Of a stretch of 32,000 nt of DNA, positions 1-8,907 are shown piece after piece; within the stretch, counting starts at the first letter, position 1, and each line of letters begins with the position of its first letter. The position numbers were made by a program, and so were the translations under genes. Source of the stretch: Actinomycetales bacterium (lineage in GTDB: Bacteria; Actinomycetota; Actinomycetes; Actinomycetales; Dermatophilaceae); contig JADKAO010000001.1 in NCBI GenBank assembly GCA_016715285.1, forward strand, positions 85,307 through 117,306, in the 5' to 3' direction. A model generated the notes under the pieces. It made no database searches. It saw only the letters and a list, made by a program, of their open reading frames with translations, and was not told where the DNA came from.

Positions 1-144
1 ACCCAGTACCTCGTGGAGATCCCGGGTGTTGGACGCTGGGCGGTCTACGAGCAGAACCTCGACCTCGACCGGATCGACAACAAGCCCGGTGACCAGGTCT
101 GGATCTCGTGGAACCCCGGCCACGCCTTCGGAGTCCGGTCATGA
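1..144 (+). CDS. ABC transporter ATP-binding protein, C-terminal fragment (PotA-like, runs off the 5' edge)
   Basis: Frame 1 is open from the window edge to TGA at 142-144. The tail TQYLVEIPGVGRWAVYEQNLDLDRIDNKPGDQVWISWNPGHAFGVRS resembles the C-terminal regulatory/TOBE-like end of PotA-type ATPases. The stop overlaps the next start (ATGA). Confidence 0.55.
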   Translation, partial: TQYLVEIPGVGRWAVYEQNLDLDRIDNKPGDQVWISWNPGHAFGVRS

Positions 145-1064
145 GTGCACTCGCTCACCTCGGGTCAACGGGGGGAGGTGCACAGGCACCTGGTGGAGCG
201 GCCCCCGAGCCCACCAAGAAGGGTGGGTTCACGGCATACCTGCTGCTCTTGCCGGGCGTGCTCTGGCTACTCGTCTTCTTCGTCGCGCCCATGGTGCAGT
301 TGGCGGCGGTGTCGCTGCAGTCGCAGTTCCCGGGCTACCCGGGTTACTACTACCGCGACGTCAACTTCGGCAGCTACCTCACCGCGATTACGGAGTATCT
401 GCCGCACTTCGGTCGGTCCCTCTTGTTTGCGGGTGCGGCCACGCTGTTCGCGTTCGTGCTCGCCTATCCGCTGGCGTATGCGATGGCCTTCAAAGCCGGC
501 AAGTGGCGGGGCGTCATGATGATTTGCGTCATCGCGCCGTTCTTCACATCGTTCATCCTCCGCACCGTGGCGTGGCGCCAGATCCTGGCCGATGAGGGGC
601 CGATCGCGTCAACGCTGCGGTTCTTGCATCTCCTCCCAGGCGGTCACATCACGGAGACCTGGGTGGCGGTGGTTGCAGGGTTGACCTACAACTTCCTGCC
701 GTTCATGGTCCTGCCGATCTATGCCTCGCTGGAGCGGGCCGATCCGAAGATCATCGAGGCAGGCGGCGACCTTTACGCCAATGGCCTGACGACCTTCCGT
801 CGGGTCACCCTGCCGATGTCAATGCCGGGCGTGCTTGCTGGCACCTTGCTGACCTTCATCCCGGCCGCAGGTGACTACGTCAACGCCGAACTGCTCGGGT
901 CGGACACGTCAACCAAAATGGTCGGCAACGTCATCGAGAGCCAGTTCTTCAAGGTGCTCGGTGGCTTCCCGGTCGCCGCGGCGTTGTCCTTCACCTTGAT
1001 GGCCGTGATCCTCGCGCTCGTATTCCTCTATGTGCGCCGCTACGGGACGGAGGAACTCCTGTGA
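141..1064 (+). CDS. Polyamine-type ABC transporter permease (PotB-like)
   Basis: Listed ORF 108..1064. The internal ATG at 141 overlaps the upstream stop. The protein is multi-TM with an EAA-loop-like motif (EAGGDLYANGLTTFRRVTLP), typical of the binding-protein-dependent transport inner-membrane component. Confidence 0.85.
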   Translation: MSALAHLGSTGGGAQAPGGAAPEPTKKGGFTAYLLLLPGVLWLLVFFVAPMVQLAAVSLQSQFPGYPGYYYRDVNFGSYLTAITEYLPHFGRSLLFAGAATLFAFVLAYPLAYAMAFKAGKWRGVMMICVIAPFFTSFILRTVAWRQILADEGPIASTLRFLHLLPGGHITETWVAVVAGLTYNFLPFMVLPIYASLERADPKIIEAGGDLYANGLTTFRRVTLPMSMPGVLAGTLLTFIPAAGDYVNAELLGSDTSTKMVGNVIESQFFKVLGGFPVAAALSFTLMAVILALVFLYVRRYGTEELL

Positions 1065-1891
1065 CTACTGGACAGCGGATCCGCTTTTGGATCTCGGACC
1101 ACATCGTCATGCTCGTGGCGCTCTTCGTTCTCCTATACCTCTTCTTGCCGGTTGCCTACACGTTCGCCTTCTCGTTCAATAACTACAAGAAGTCGAACAT
1201 CTCGTGGAACCCGGAAGGCTCGCCGACCCTGGATCACTGGCAAAACCCGTGCGGGCCAGCGGGAATCTGCGACGCGCTCACGACGTCCATTACTGTCGGC
1301 GGCATTGCGACCTTGGTGGCGACCTTCCTCGGGACGCTATTGGCATTCGCACTCGTGCGCTATCGCTTCAAGGGCCGCGGGGTCGGCAACATCCTCGTGT
1401 TCATCCCGATGGCAACGCCCGAGATCGTGCTTGGCGCCTCGCTGCTGACCCTCTTCGTCCAGGGTTTCTCACAGTTCGGGCTCAAGCTCGGTTTTTGGAC
1501 GATCGTGCTCGCGCACATCATGTTCTGTTTGAGCTTCGTGGTGGTCACGGTCAAGGCGCGCCTGCAGAGTCTCGATCCACGACTGGAAGAAGCAGCTGCG
1601 GACCTGTATGCCGATTCGTTCAGTTCGTTCTGGAAGGTCACCTTCCCGCTCGTCCTGCCAGGCATTGTGTCAGCTGCCCTGCTGTCGTTCTCGCTGTCGT
1701 TCGACGACTTCATCATCACGAACTTCGTCTCAGGTGACACATCGACCTTCCCGAAGTACGTCTATGTGTCCTACCTCCGTGGCATTCCCGCGCAAGCCAA
1801 CGTCATCGGTTTCTCGATGTTTGTCATTGCGGTTGCGCTCGTCGTGCTGGGCCAAGTCATCGGCTCTCGTCGGCGCTCACCTGTCAAATAA
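1061..1891 (+). CDS. Polyamine-type ABC transporter permease (PotC-like)
   Basis: GTG start overlaps the upstream stop (GTGA). Has an EAA loop (EEAAADLYADSFSSFWKVTFP) and about 6 predicted TM segments. Confidence 0.85.
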   Translation: MTTGQRIRFWISDHIVMLVALFVLLYLFLPVAYTFAFSFNNYKKSNISWNPEGSPTLDHWQNPCGPAGICDALTTSITVGGIATLVATFLGTLLAFALVRYRFKGRGVGNILVFIPMATPEIVLGASLLTLFVQGFSQFGLKLGFWTIVLAHIMFCLSFVVVTVKARLQSLDPRLEEAAADLYADSFSSFWKVTFPLVLPGIVSAALLSFSLSFDDFIITNFVSGDTSTFPKYVYVSYLRGIPAQANVIGFSMFVIAVALVVLGQVIGSRRRSPVK

Positions 1892-1922
1892 CTTCTCACC
1901 CAGGAAAGCGGATTGATAGCTC

Positions 1923-3233
1923 GTGCGGATCCTCATGATCGGATCAGGCGGTGTCGGTGACGCCGCTGCGCGAATCGCCGTGGAACGCGATTTCTTCGAA
2001 GCGCTCGTCGTCGCGGATTACGACCTAGGGCGTGCGGAGGCCACCGTTGCGGCGGCCTCCGCACGCCGGCCCGGCGAAAGCCGACTGGTCGCGGCATACG
2101 TGGACGCCTCAGATCCTGAGTCGGTGGCAGCCCTAGCCCGCGAGCACCGGGCGACTCACGTCTTTAACGCCGTGGACCCGCGGTTCGTCATGCCGATCTT
2201 CACCGGTGCCCGCGCCGCGGGCGCCCACTACCTCGACATGGCGATGTCACTGTCCAAGCGGCACCCCGAGCGGCCCTACGAACTCACCGGAGTCATGCTC
2301 GGCCAGGAGCAGTTCGACCAGGCAGCGCAATGGGAGCAGGATGGTCTCCTCGCTCTCGTCGGCATCGGTGTCGAACCGGGCCTCTCCGACGTTTTTGCCC
2401 GGTATGCCGCCGACCACCTCTTCAGCGAGATCGATGAACTCGGCACGCGAGACGGTGCCAACCTCGTCGTACGCGACGAGGAGGGCAACGAGATCTTTGC
2501 CCCTGGCTTCTCGATCTGGACCGTGATCGAAGAGTGCCTCAATCCGCCGCTCATCTGGGAAGAAGGCGCTGGCTGGCGCACGACCCCGCCGTTCAGCGAG
2601 CCGGAGTTTTTTGACTTCCCCGAGGGCATCGGACCCGTTGAGTGCGTGAACGTCGAGCATGAGGAAGTCGTGCTCATGCCGCGCTGGGTCAAGGCCAAGA
2701 AGGTCACCTTCAAATACGGCCTCGGCGAGCAGATGATTGGCATTTTGCGGACGCTCCACGATCTCGGCCTCGACTCGACCTCGAAGGTCAACGTCAAGGG
2801 CGTGCAGGTCTCGCCGCGTGATGTCGTGGCTGCGTGCCTGCCCGATCCGGCGACCATCGGCCCACGGATGACTGGCAAAACCTGTGCGGGACTGTGGGTG
2901 ACGGGCACGGGCCGCGACGGCGAGCCGCGCGCGACCTACCTCTATCACGTCGTCGACAACGAGTGGACGATGCGTGAATACGGCGCCCAGTGCGTCGTCT
3001 GGCAAACCGCGATCAACCCGATTGTTGCCCTCGAACTCCTCGCCACCGGGGTGTGGTCAGGTGCTGGCGTCCTCGGCCCGGAGGCCTTCGACGCGGTGCC
3101 CTTCCTCGACCTGCTCGCGGCCCCCAAACCGCACGGTTACGCCTCGTCGTGGGGGATGGAAGACCGTGACCCAGCAGCGACATCGGCGACCTCACCGTCG
3201 AGCGACCACCCCACCGACGACGCGGCTGCCTAG
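1923..3233 (+). CDS. Saccharopine dehydrogenase family NAD(P)-binding protein
   Basis: N-terminal Rossmann motif MRILMIGSGGVGD. The length and overall pattern match the Sacchrp_dh family. The C-terminal tail is low complexity and acidic/Ser-rich. Confidence 0.7.
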   Translation: MRILMIGSGGVGDAAARIAVERDFFEALVVADYDLGRAEATVAAASARRPGESRLVAAYVDASDPESVAALAREHRATHVFNAVDPRFVMPIFTGARAAGAHYLDMAMSLSKRHPERPYELTGVMLGQEQFDQAAQWEQDGLLALVGIGVEPGLSDVFARYAADHLFSEIDELGTRDGANLVVRDEEGNEIFAPGFSIWTVIEECLNPPLIWEEGAGWRTTPPFSEPEFFDFPEGIGPVECVNVEHEEVVLMPRWVKAKKVTFKYGLGEQMIGILRTLHDLGLDSTSKVNVKGVQVSPRDVVAACLPDPATIGPRMTGKTCAGLWVTGTGRDGEPRATYLYHVVDNEWTMREYGAQCVVWQTAINPIVALELLATGVWSGAGVLGPEAFDAVPFLDLLAAPKPHGYASSWGMEDRDPAATSATSPSSDHPTDDAAA

Positions 3234-3242
3234 GTCACCTCG

Positions 3243-4292
3243 ATGGCCCGCTACGGCGCTCAGTTCGGTCCCGACGTCACCTTCCTCGGGGTGCCGCGCT
3301 GCGACCTGACCGACCCGAGCTCGTATGCCGGCGCGGACGTCGTGATTCTCGGCGCGCCCTTCGATGGCGGCACGTCGCATCGTGCCGGCACGCGTTTTGG
3401 TCCGCAGGCAATCCGGACCACGGACTATTTGGGTCATGACGGGTCGCGGCCATCGCTCGCCTTGCGGGTCGACGCGCTCCAAGACCTGCGGGTGCTCGAT
3501 GCGGGCGATATCGAAATGCCCCCAGGGCACATCGAACGCTCGCTCGGTGCCCTGGAGACTGCGGTCGAGCAGGTATGCCGTGCCGGCGCCATTCCCGTGG
3601 TCCTCGGCGGCGACCACTCGATTGCGTATGCCGATGCGCGGGGAGCGGCCAATGTCCTTGGCGCGGGCCGGGTTTCGATGCTGCACTTTGACGCTCATGC
3701 CGACACAGGCGACATCGAGTTCGGGTCGCTGTGGGGACACGGGCAACCCATGCGTCGGCTCATCGAGTCCGGGGCCTTGCGCGGGGATCGCTTCCTGCAG
3801 ATTGGGCTGCGGGGCTACTGGCCGGGACCAGAGACTCTGGCATGGATGGCCGATCAGGGCATGCGCTCCTATGAGATGACCGAGATCGGAGTGCGCGGCT
3901 TGCAGCCGTGTCTCACCGAGGCTTTCGGAATCGCGACCGACGACTGCGAGGGCGTCTTCCTCTCGGTTGACATCGACGTCTGCGACCCCGGTCATGCCCC
4001 TGGCACCGGAACGCCCGAGCCGGGCGGTTTATCCTCACGCGAACTCCTCGACTCGGTCCGGCGGATTTGCCTTGAGCTACCCGTCGTGGGCATCGATGTC
4101 GTCGAGGTCAGCCCGCCCTACGATCACGCTGATATCACCGCAGCGCTGGCAAATAGAGTGGTCCTCGAGGCCCTGTCTGCCATTGCGCGGCGGCGACGCG
4201 ACGCGGCATACGGGACCGTTTGGGACCCGAGCACCCCCTTGCTGCACGACCGGACGACGCCACACTCGCACCCACAGGAGCCGACATCATGA
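3243..4292 (+). CDS. Agmatinase / guanidinobutyrase-type ureohydrolase
   Basis: Carries the Mn-binding arginase-family motifs GGDHSIAY, DAHADTGD and SVDIDVCDPGHAPGTGTPEPGG. Confidence 0.85.
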   Translation: MARYGAQFGPDVTFLGVPRCDLTDPSSYAGADVVILGAPFDGGTSHRAGTRFGPQAIRTTDYLGHDGSRPSLALRVDALQDLRVLDAGDIEMPPGHIERSLGALETAVEQVCRAGAIPVVLGGDHSIAYADARGAANVLGAGRVSMLHFDAHADTGDIEFGSLWGHGQPMRRLIESGALRGDRFLQIGLRGYWPGPETLAWMADQGMRSYEMTEIGVRGLQPCLTEAFGIATDDCEGVFLSVDIDVCDPGHAPGTGTPEPGGLSSRELLDSVRRICLELPVVGIDVVEVSPPYDHADITAALANRVVLEALSAIARRRRDAAYGTVWDPSTPLLHDRTTPHSHPQEPTS

Positions 4293-5632
4293 CCGCCCAA
4301 CCCATCGAGCAGCACCGCGTCCTCAAGACCGCGATCCCCGGACCGCGCTCCCAGGCGCTGCAGGCGCGCAAGCTCGCGTCGGTGTCCGCGGGCGTGAGCA
4401 CGGGGCTGCCGATCTATGTCGAGCGGGGGGCGGGCGGCATCCTCGTCGACGCTGACGGCAACCAGCTCATCGACTTCGGTTCGGGCATCGCGGTGACGAG
4501 TGTCGGCAATGGTGCGCCGCGCGTGATCGAGGCGGTGCAGCGGCAGATCGCCGACTTCACCCACACGTGCTTCATGGTCAACCCATATGAGGAATACGTC
4601 GAGGTCTGCGAGAAGCTCAACGAGCTCACGCCCGGTGACCACGACAAGCGGACGGCGCTATTCAACTCCGGCGCTGAAGCAGTCGAAAACGCGGTCAAGG
4701 TCGCGCGGCATTACACCGGCAAGGACGGGATCGTCGCGTTCGACCACGCCTACCACGGGCGCACCAACCTCACCCTCGCGATGACCGCCAAGAACATGCC
4801 CTACAAGCACAAGTTCGGCCCGTTTGCGAGCGAGCTTTACCGGGTGCCGATGGCCTACCCCTACCGCTGGCCGGGCGGTCCGCAGCACTGCGCGGACGAG
4901 GCGTTCAGCTACATCATCGACCAGATCCACGCCCAGATCGGTGAGGAGAACACGGCCGCCGTCATCATCGAGCCGATCCAAGGCGAGGGCGGGTTCATCG
5001 TCCCGCCGGCGGGCTTCCTCAAGCAGCTGAGCGAGTGGTGCACGGCTAACAACATCCTGTTTATCGCTGACGAAGTGCAGTCCGGCTTCTGCCGCAGTGG
5101 TGACTGGTTCGCCAGTGACTTCGAGGGGATCGTGCCGGACCTCATCACGACTGCGAAAGGCATTGCGGGCGGTATGCCGTTGTCTGCCGTCACGGGACGC
5201 GCGGACATCATGGACACGATCCACCCCGGTGGGCTGGGCGGAACATATGGCGGCAACCCGGTCGCGTGCGCCGCGGCGCTGGCGTCGATCGAGACCATGG
5301 AGGAGGAGAACCTCATTCAGCGGGCACGTGACATCGAGGCCATTCTTAAGGGGCGACTTGAGCAGTTGGCCGCGAAATACGACGAAGTGGGTGAGATCCG
5401 AGGCCGCGGCGCGATGATCGCAATGGAACTCGTCACCGACCGCGAGACGAAGGAACCAGCGGCAGCGTTGACTGCCGCGATCAACAAGGCATGCCACGAA
5501 CGTGGCCTCGTGACCTTGACCTGCGGCACGCTGGGCAATGTATTCCGGTTCTTGCCGCCGCTGTCCATGGGTGACGACCTGCTCAATGAGGGCTTGGACA
5601 TCCTCGACGAGGCGTTTGCTGCGTCGGTCTGA
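4289..5632 (+). CDS. gabT: 4-aminobutyrate--2-oxoglutarate transaminase (class III aminotransferase)
   Basis: ATG at 4289 overlaps the upstream stop (ATGA). Motifs ADEVQSGFCRSGDWFA and TTAKGIAGGMPLSAV (PLP lysine region). The listed ORF start at 4220 lies inside the upstream gene. Confidence 0.85.
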   Translation: MTAQPIEQHRVLKTAIPGPRSQALQARKLASVSAGVSTGLPIYVERGAGGILVDADGNQLIDFGSGIAVTSVGNGAPRVIEAVQRQIADFTHTCFMVNPYEEYVEVCEKLNELTPGDHDKRTALFNSGAEAVENAVKVARHYTGKDGIVAFDHAYHGRTNLTLAMTAKNMPYKHKFGPFASELYRVPMAYPYRWPGGPQHCADEAFSYIIDQIHAQIGEENTAAVIIEPIQGEGGFIVPPAGFLKQLSEWCTANNILFIADEVQSGFCRSGDWFASDFEGIVPDLITTAKGIAGGMPLSAVTGRADIMDTIHPGGLGGTYGGNPVACAAALASIETMEEENLIQRARDIEAILKGRLEQLAAKYDEVGEIRGRGAMIAMELVTDRETKEPAAALTAAINKACHERGLVTLTCGTLGNVFRFLPPLSMGDDLLNEGLDILDEAFAASV

Positions 5633-5695
5633 GGCCGCCGCTGCGCTGTGCTGACTGACTCAATCTCTTTGTGCTGTAGCTGTTTTCGATAGGAC

Positions 5696-7162
5696 GTGGA
5701 CTTCATGATTGACCGCCAAGCTCTGCTGGACTCGGTGCCCAAGGGGCTCTATATCGACGGTCAGTGGCGTGACTCGAGTGACGGCACGACGCTCGAGGTT
5801 GACAACCCGGCCACCGGCGAGGTGTTGGCGACGATTGCCAGTGCCACGCCCGCTGATGGGATGGCGGCGCTCGATGCAGCCGTTGCCGCCCAAGCGAGTT
5901 GGGCCAAGGTGCCGCCGCGCGAGCGGGGCGAAATCTTGCGGACGGCATACGAGAAGATCGTCGAGCGCACCGAGGAGTTCGCGCTCCTCATGACCCTTGA
6001 GATGGGCAAACCGCTCGCGGAGGCGCGCGGCGAGGTTGCTTATGGCGCCGAGTTTTTCCGGTGGTTTAGCGAGGAGGCCGTCCGGATCCACGGGCGCTAC
6101 TCGGTCGCCCCCAACGGCGCGAGCCGACTGCTCACGATGAAGCAGCCGGTCGGACCGACGCTCATGATCACGCCGTGGAACTTCCCCCTCGCGATGGGCA
6201 CGCGCAAGATCGGCCCGGCGATTGCCGCTGGCTGCACGATGGTCGTCAAGCCGGCCTCGCAGACGCCGCTCACCATGCTGGCGCTCGTCCAGTTGTTGGA
6301 GGAGTGCGGCGTCCCCGCCGGCGTCCTCAACGTCATCACGACCGCGCACACGGGCGAGGTCATGGAGCCGATCATCCGCGACCCGCGTCTGCGCAAGCTG
6401 ACCTTTACGGGCTCGACGCAGGTGGGGCAGCGGCTGGTCGAGCAGTCCGCTCAGGGCCTGCTGCGGCTGTCGATGGAGTTGGGCGGCAATGCGCCGTTCA
6501 TCGTGTTTGACGACGCCGACATCGATGCTGCGGTCACGGGCGCCATGCTCGCGAAGATGCGCAATATCGGTGAGGCGTGCACGGCGGCCAACCGGTTCCT
6601 TGTGCACGAGTCGGTTGCGGCGGAGTTCTCGGAGAAGTTCGCGGCGCGCATGGCCGCGCTGACCGTCGGCGACGGCACCAAAGACGGGATCGATGTCGGA
6701 CCCCTCGTGGACCAGAAGGCTCGCGACGGTGTCGACGCGCTCGTGCAGGAGGCTGTTGCTGCCGGTGCCAAGGTCGTCGTCGGTGGCGGTCACGCCGAGG
6801 GTCCGGGGTGGTTCTATCAGCCGACGGTGCTCACCGATGTGCCCGCTGACGCCCGGATCGCTGTTGAGGAAATCTTCGGCCCGGTGGCGCCGATCTCGAC
6901 CTTCCAGACCGAGGAGGAGGCGCTGACCCGAGCCAACGACACGGCATACGGGCTCATTGCCTATGCCTTCACCCGCGATCTGGCGCGCGCGCTGCGGGTG
7001 AGCGAGGCGCTGGAGTTTGGGATGGTCGGCATCAACCAGGGCGTCGTGTCCAACCCAGCCGCACCCTTTGGTGGCGTGAAGGCGAGCGGGTTTGGCCGTG
7101 AGGGTGGCTTCGAGGGCATCGACGAGTACCTCGAGGTGAAGTACGTCGGCATCGCTCCGTGA
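5696..7162 (+). CDS. gabD: Succinate-semialdehyde dehydrogenase (aldehyde dehydrogenase family)
   Basis: 488 aa with ALDH motifs FTGSTQVG, ELGGNAPFIV and the ITPWNFP region. An alternative ATG start lies at 5705. Confidence 0.85.
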   Translation: MDFMIDRQALLDSVPKGLYIDGQWRDSSDGTTLEVDNPATGEVLATIASATPADGMAALDAAVAAQASWAKVPPRERGEILRTAYEKIVERTEEFALLMTLEMGKPLAEARGEVAYGAEFFRWFSEEAVRIHGRYSVAPNGASRLLTMKQPVGPTLMITPWNFPLAMGTRKIGPAIAAGCTMVVKPASQTPLTMLALVQLLEECGVPAGVLNVITTAHTGEVMEPIIRDPRLRKLTFTGSTQVGQRLVEQSAQGLLRLSMELGGNAPFIVFDDADIDAAVTGAMLAKMRNIGEACTAANRFLVHESVAAEFSEKFAARMAALTVGDGTKDGIDVGPLVDQKARDGVDALVQEAVAAGAKVVVGGGHAEGPGWFYQPTVLTDVPADARIAVEEIFGPVAPISTFQTEEEALTRANDTAYGLIAYAFTRDLARALRVSEALEFGMVGINQGVVSNPAAPFGGVKASGFGREGGFEGIDEYLEVKYVGIAP

Positions 7163-7692
7163 GCCCGATGACCCGCTCGCAACGGCAGACGATCCAGCTC
7201 ATCGCGGTGGGCCTGCTCGTCATTCTGTTGGTTGGGTGGTTCGTGTCGACCCGAGCGTCTGGCGCCAATGGGGTGACCGCCGGGCCAGGGTCGGCAACTG
7301 CTGTCGCGAAGACGTCCGGGTCCAGCCCCAGCGCCGCGCGCTCGGCGCCCAGCGCTCCTACTGTCGCCGCTAAACCGGCTGTGCCGCAAACAGATCCGGC
7401 TAGTGGTCTGCGCTTTGTCGCCGAGTCGGCTCTGCCCAACGAGGGGCGCGAGACCCTTGCGCTGATCCGTGCTGGCGGGCCCTACCCCTTCCCGCGCAAC
7501 GACGATAGAACTTTTAGCAATGCGGAGCGGCTCTTGCCGCGGCAGGCGTCTGGCTATTACCGCGAGTACACCGTGATCACTCCTGGGTCACCCGACCGGG
7601 GTGCGCGACGGATCGTGGCGGGGCAGGGTGGCGAGTTGTATTACACGTCCGATCACTATGCGTCGTTCCAGCGGATTCGGGAGGGCTCGTGA
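7159..7692 (+). CDS. Membrane-anchored guanyl-specific ribonuclease (RNase Sa / barnase family)
   Basis: The C-terminal domain ALPNEGRETLALIRAGGPYPFPRNDDRTFSNAERLLPRQASGYYREYTVITPGSPDRGARRIVAG..LYYTSDHYASFQRI aligns by eye with RNase Sa, including the catalytic EYTV, RR and DHY positions. The N-terminus has a TM helix (IQLIAVGLLVILLVGWFV) and an Ala/Ser/Pro linker. The GTG start overlaps the gabD stop. Confidence 0.8.
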   Translation: MSPMTRSQRQTIQLIAVGLLVILLVGWFVSTRASGANGVTAGPGSATAVAKTSGSSPSAARSAPSAPTVAAKPAVPQTDPASGLRFVAESALPNEGRETLALIRAGGPYPFPRNDDRTFSNAERLLPRQASGYYREYTVITPGSPDRGARRIVAGQGGELYYTSDHYASFQRIREGS

Positions 7693-8033
7693 GGCGATTG
7701 AGTGGCGCGGTGAGCTTGGCCGCGCTCGCGACCACCGCTCGGTCGATGGGCCGCTCGGTGCGGATCGTTGATGGGGGCGCGGACAAGAAGGCTGCGCTCG
7801 CGGCTTTTGCCGAGGGGCTTGCGCTGCCCGACTGGTTTGGCAAGAACCTCGACGCCCTCACCGACGCGTTGCGCGACCTCGCCGACGAGACCGCACGCGA
7901 GATCGAGCTCGTCTGGGACGGCACCGCGCTGATCGCCCGCAACGACCCCAAGGCGTATGCCGCCTTGCTCACAGTGCTGCGCGATGTCGAGGCCGAGCGC
8001 GACGACCTGCATATCACCGTCATCGAGCGTTGA
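7689..8033 (+). CDS. Barstar-family ribonuclease inhibitor
   Basis: LALPDWFGKNLDALTDALRDL matches the barstar signature (YYGENLDALWDCL). The GTG start overlaps the RNase stop (GTGA). Confidence 0.75.
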   Translation: MRRLSGAVSLAALATTARSMGRSVRIVDGGADKKAALAAFAEGLALPDWFGKNLDALTDALRDLADETAREIELVWDGTALIARNDPKAYAALLTVLRDVEAERDDLHITVIER

Positions 8034-8063
8034 ATCAGCGTCGACGCTTCGTCCACGCGTTCC

Positions 8064-8207
8064 TTAGACCTTGAGGACCTCGACGAGCCCAACAAGCTCC
8101 GCGAGCACGTCGAAGTCGTCGTCCTGAGTGCACACCGGCATACCGTGCACGGCAGCTGTCGCCGCTTCGGCCATAGCCCGTGATCCTGCGCACGGGGATC
8201 CCGCGGT
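8064..8207 (-). pseudogene. Remnant of a PIN-domain (VapC-like) toxin, C-terminal part only
   Basis: The minus-strand reading ..AGSRAMAEAATAAVHGMPVCTQDDDFDVLAELVGLVEVLKV* (stop at 8064-8066) matches the usual PIN C-terminus (IAATA..hG.pv.T.D.DF). No N-terminal half exists, because the neighbouring vapC stop is at 8210. Confidence 0.4.
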
Positions 8208-8209
8208 TC

Positions 8210-8626
8210 TTAGACGGCTACGACGTTGACGAGGCCTTCGAGGCCGGCGAAGTCTTTGGGGTTGCGAGTGTAGAGACGAGCATCGTGAGCGTGGGCCGTG
8301 GCTGCGATGAGCAGATCCATGACCCGCCGGCGCGGTTGGCGCCCCGCCTGCGCGACGGCTGCCGCGAGGCGTCCGTAGCTCGTCGTGACCGACTCGTCGA
8401 CGGGGAGCGCGTCAAAATGGTGCTGGAGCACACTGAGCCGCCGAAGTCGCTCAGCACGCGCTTCGGGCGTGCTGGCAACCAGCACACCGAACTGAAGCTC
8501 TGCCAAGGTGATCGCACTGATTGCGAGGTGCCCAGGAAGCGGGGCAAGTTCGCTCGCGATGACAACGCTGGTGTCAAGGATGGCGCGGTCGGCACGGCCA
8601 CTCGAGGCGCTCACCGCTCTGCCCAC
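8210..8626 (-). CDS. vapC: PIN-domain toxin VapC
   Basis: Motifs ILDTSVVI (first acidic residue), TLAELQFG and DLLIAATAHAHDARLYTRNPKDF. The listed start is GTG at 8626. An alternative GTG at 8614 gives a GTGA overlap with the antitoxin stop. Confidence 0.8.
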   Translation of the reverse strand: MGRAVSASSGRADRAILDTSVVIASELAPLPGHLAISAITLAELQFGVLVASTPEARAERLRRLSVLQHHFDALPVDESVTTSYGRLAAAVAQAGRQPRRRVMDLLIAATAHAHDARLYTRNPKDFAGLEGLVNVVAV

Positions 8627-8859
8627 GGGTCACTGGCTGAGTCGTCCAGGAGATCGCGGTCTCGGGACCACGCCTCGTCCTCCGTGCCTCGGAAGAGGTC
8701 AGAGATCTGGCCCCATGAGCACCATCGAGTTGGTCCGGTTGCGACGAGTCGCGCGCTCGGGCGCCCAGAGACGGTGATGGTGATTTCCTCGCCTGACTGC
8801 GCCCGTCGGACGAGTTCGGACGCATCCTGCCTGAGCTCCCTTAACCCCACGATCGCCAT
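8611..8859 (-). CDS. Phd/YefM-family antitoxin
   Basis: MAIVGLRELRQDASELVRRAQSGEEITITVSGRPSARLV is the typical Phd/YefM N-terminal domain. The ATG at 8859 is internal to listed ORF 8611..8877. Confidence 0.8.
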   Translation of the reverse strand: MAIVGLRELRQDASELVRRAQSGEEITITVSGRPSARLVATGPTRWCSWGQISDLFRGTEDEAWSRDRDLLDDSASDPWAER

Positions 8860-8869
8860 AAACTGGCAA

Positions 8870-8887
8870 GGTAGCACTTGTGCTACC
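8870..8887. promoter_or_regulatory. Perfect palindrome GGTAGCAC-TT-GTGCTACC in the divergent TA promoter region (candidate antitoxin operator)
   Basis: 8-bp arms with a 2-nt spacer, read directly. It lies 10 nt upstream of the phd start and 45 nt upstream of the vapB start. Confidence 0.4.
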
Positions 8888-8907
8888 AGCGCACCACGAG
8901 GTTACAG

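Noticed and set aside
5660-6793. 377-aa minus-strand ORF antisense to gabD, and the similar 379-aa ORF at 23171..24310 antisense to paaA
   Set aside because: Both lie opposite strongly recognisable enzymes and have the off-frame Arg/Asp/Leu-rich composition of shadow ORFs.
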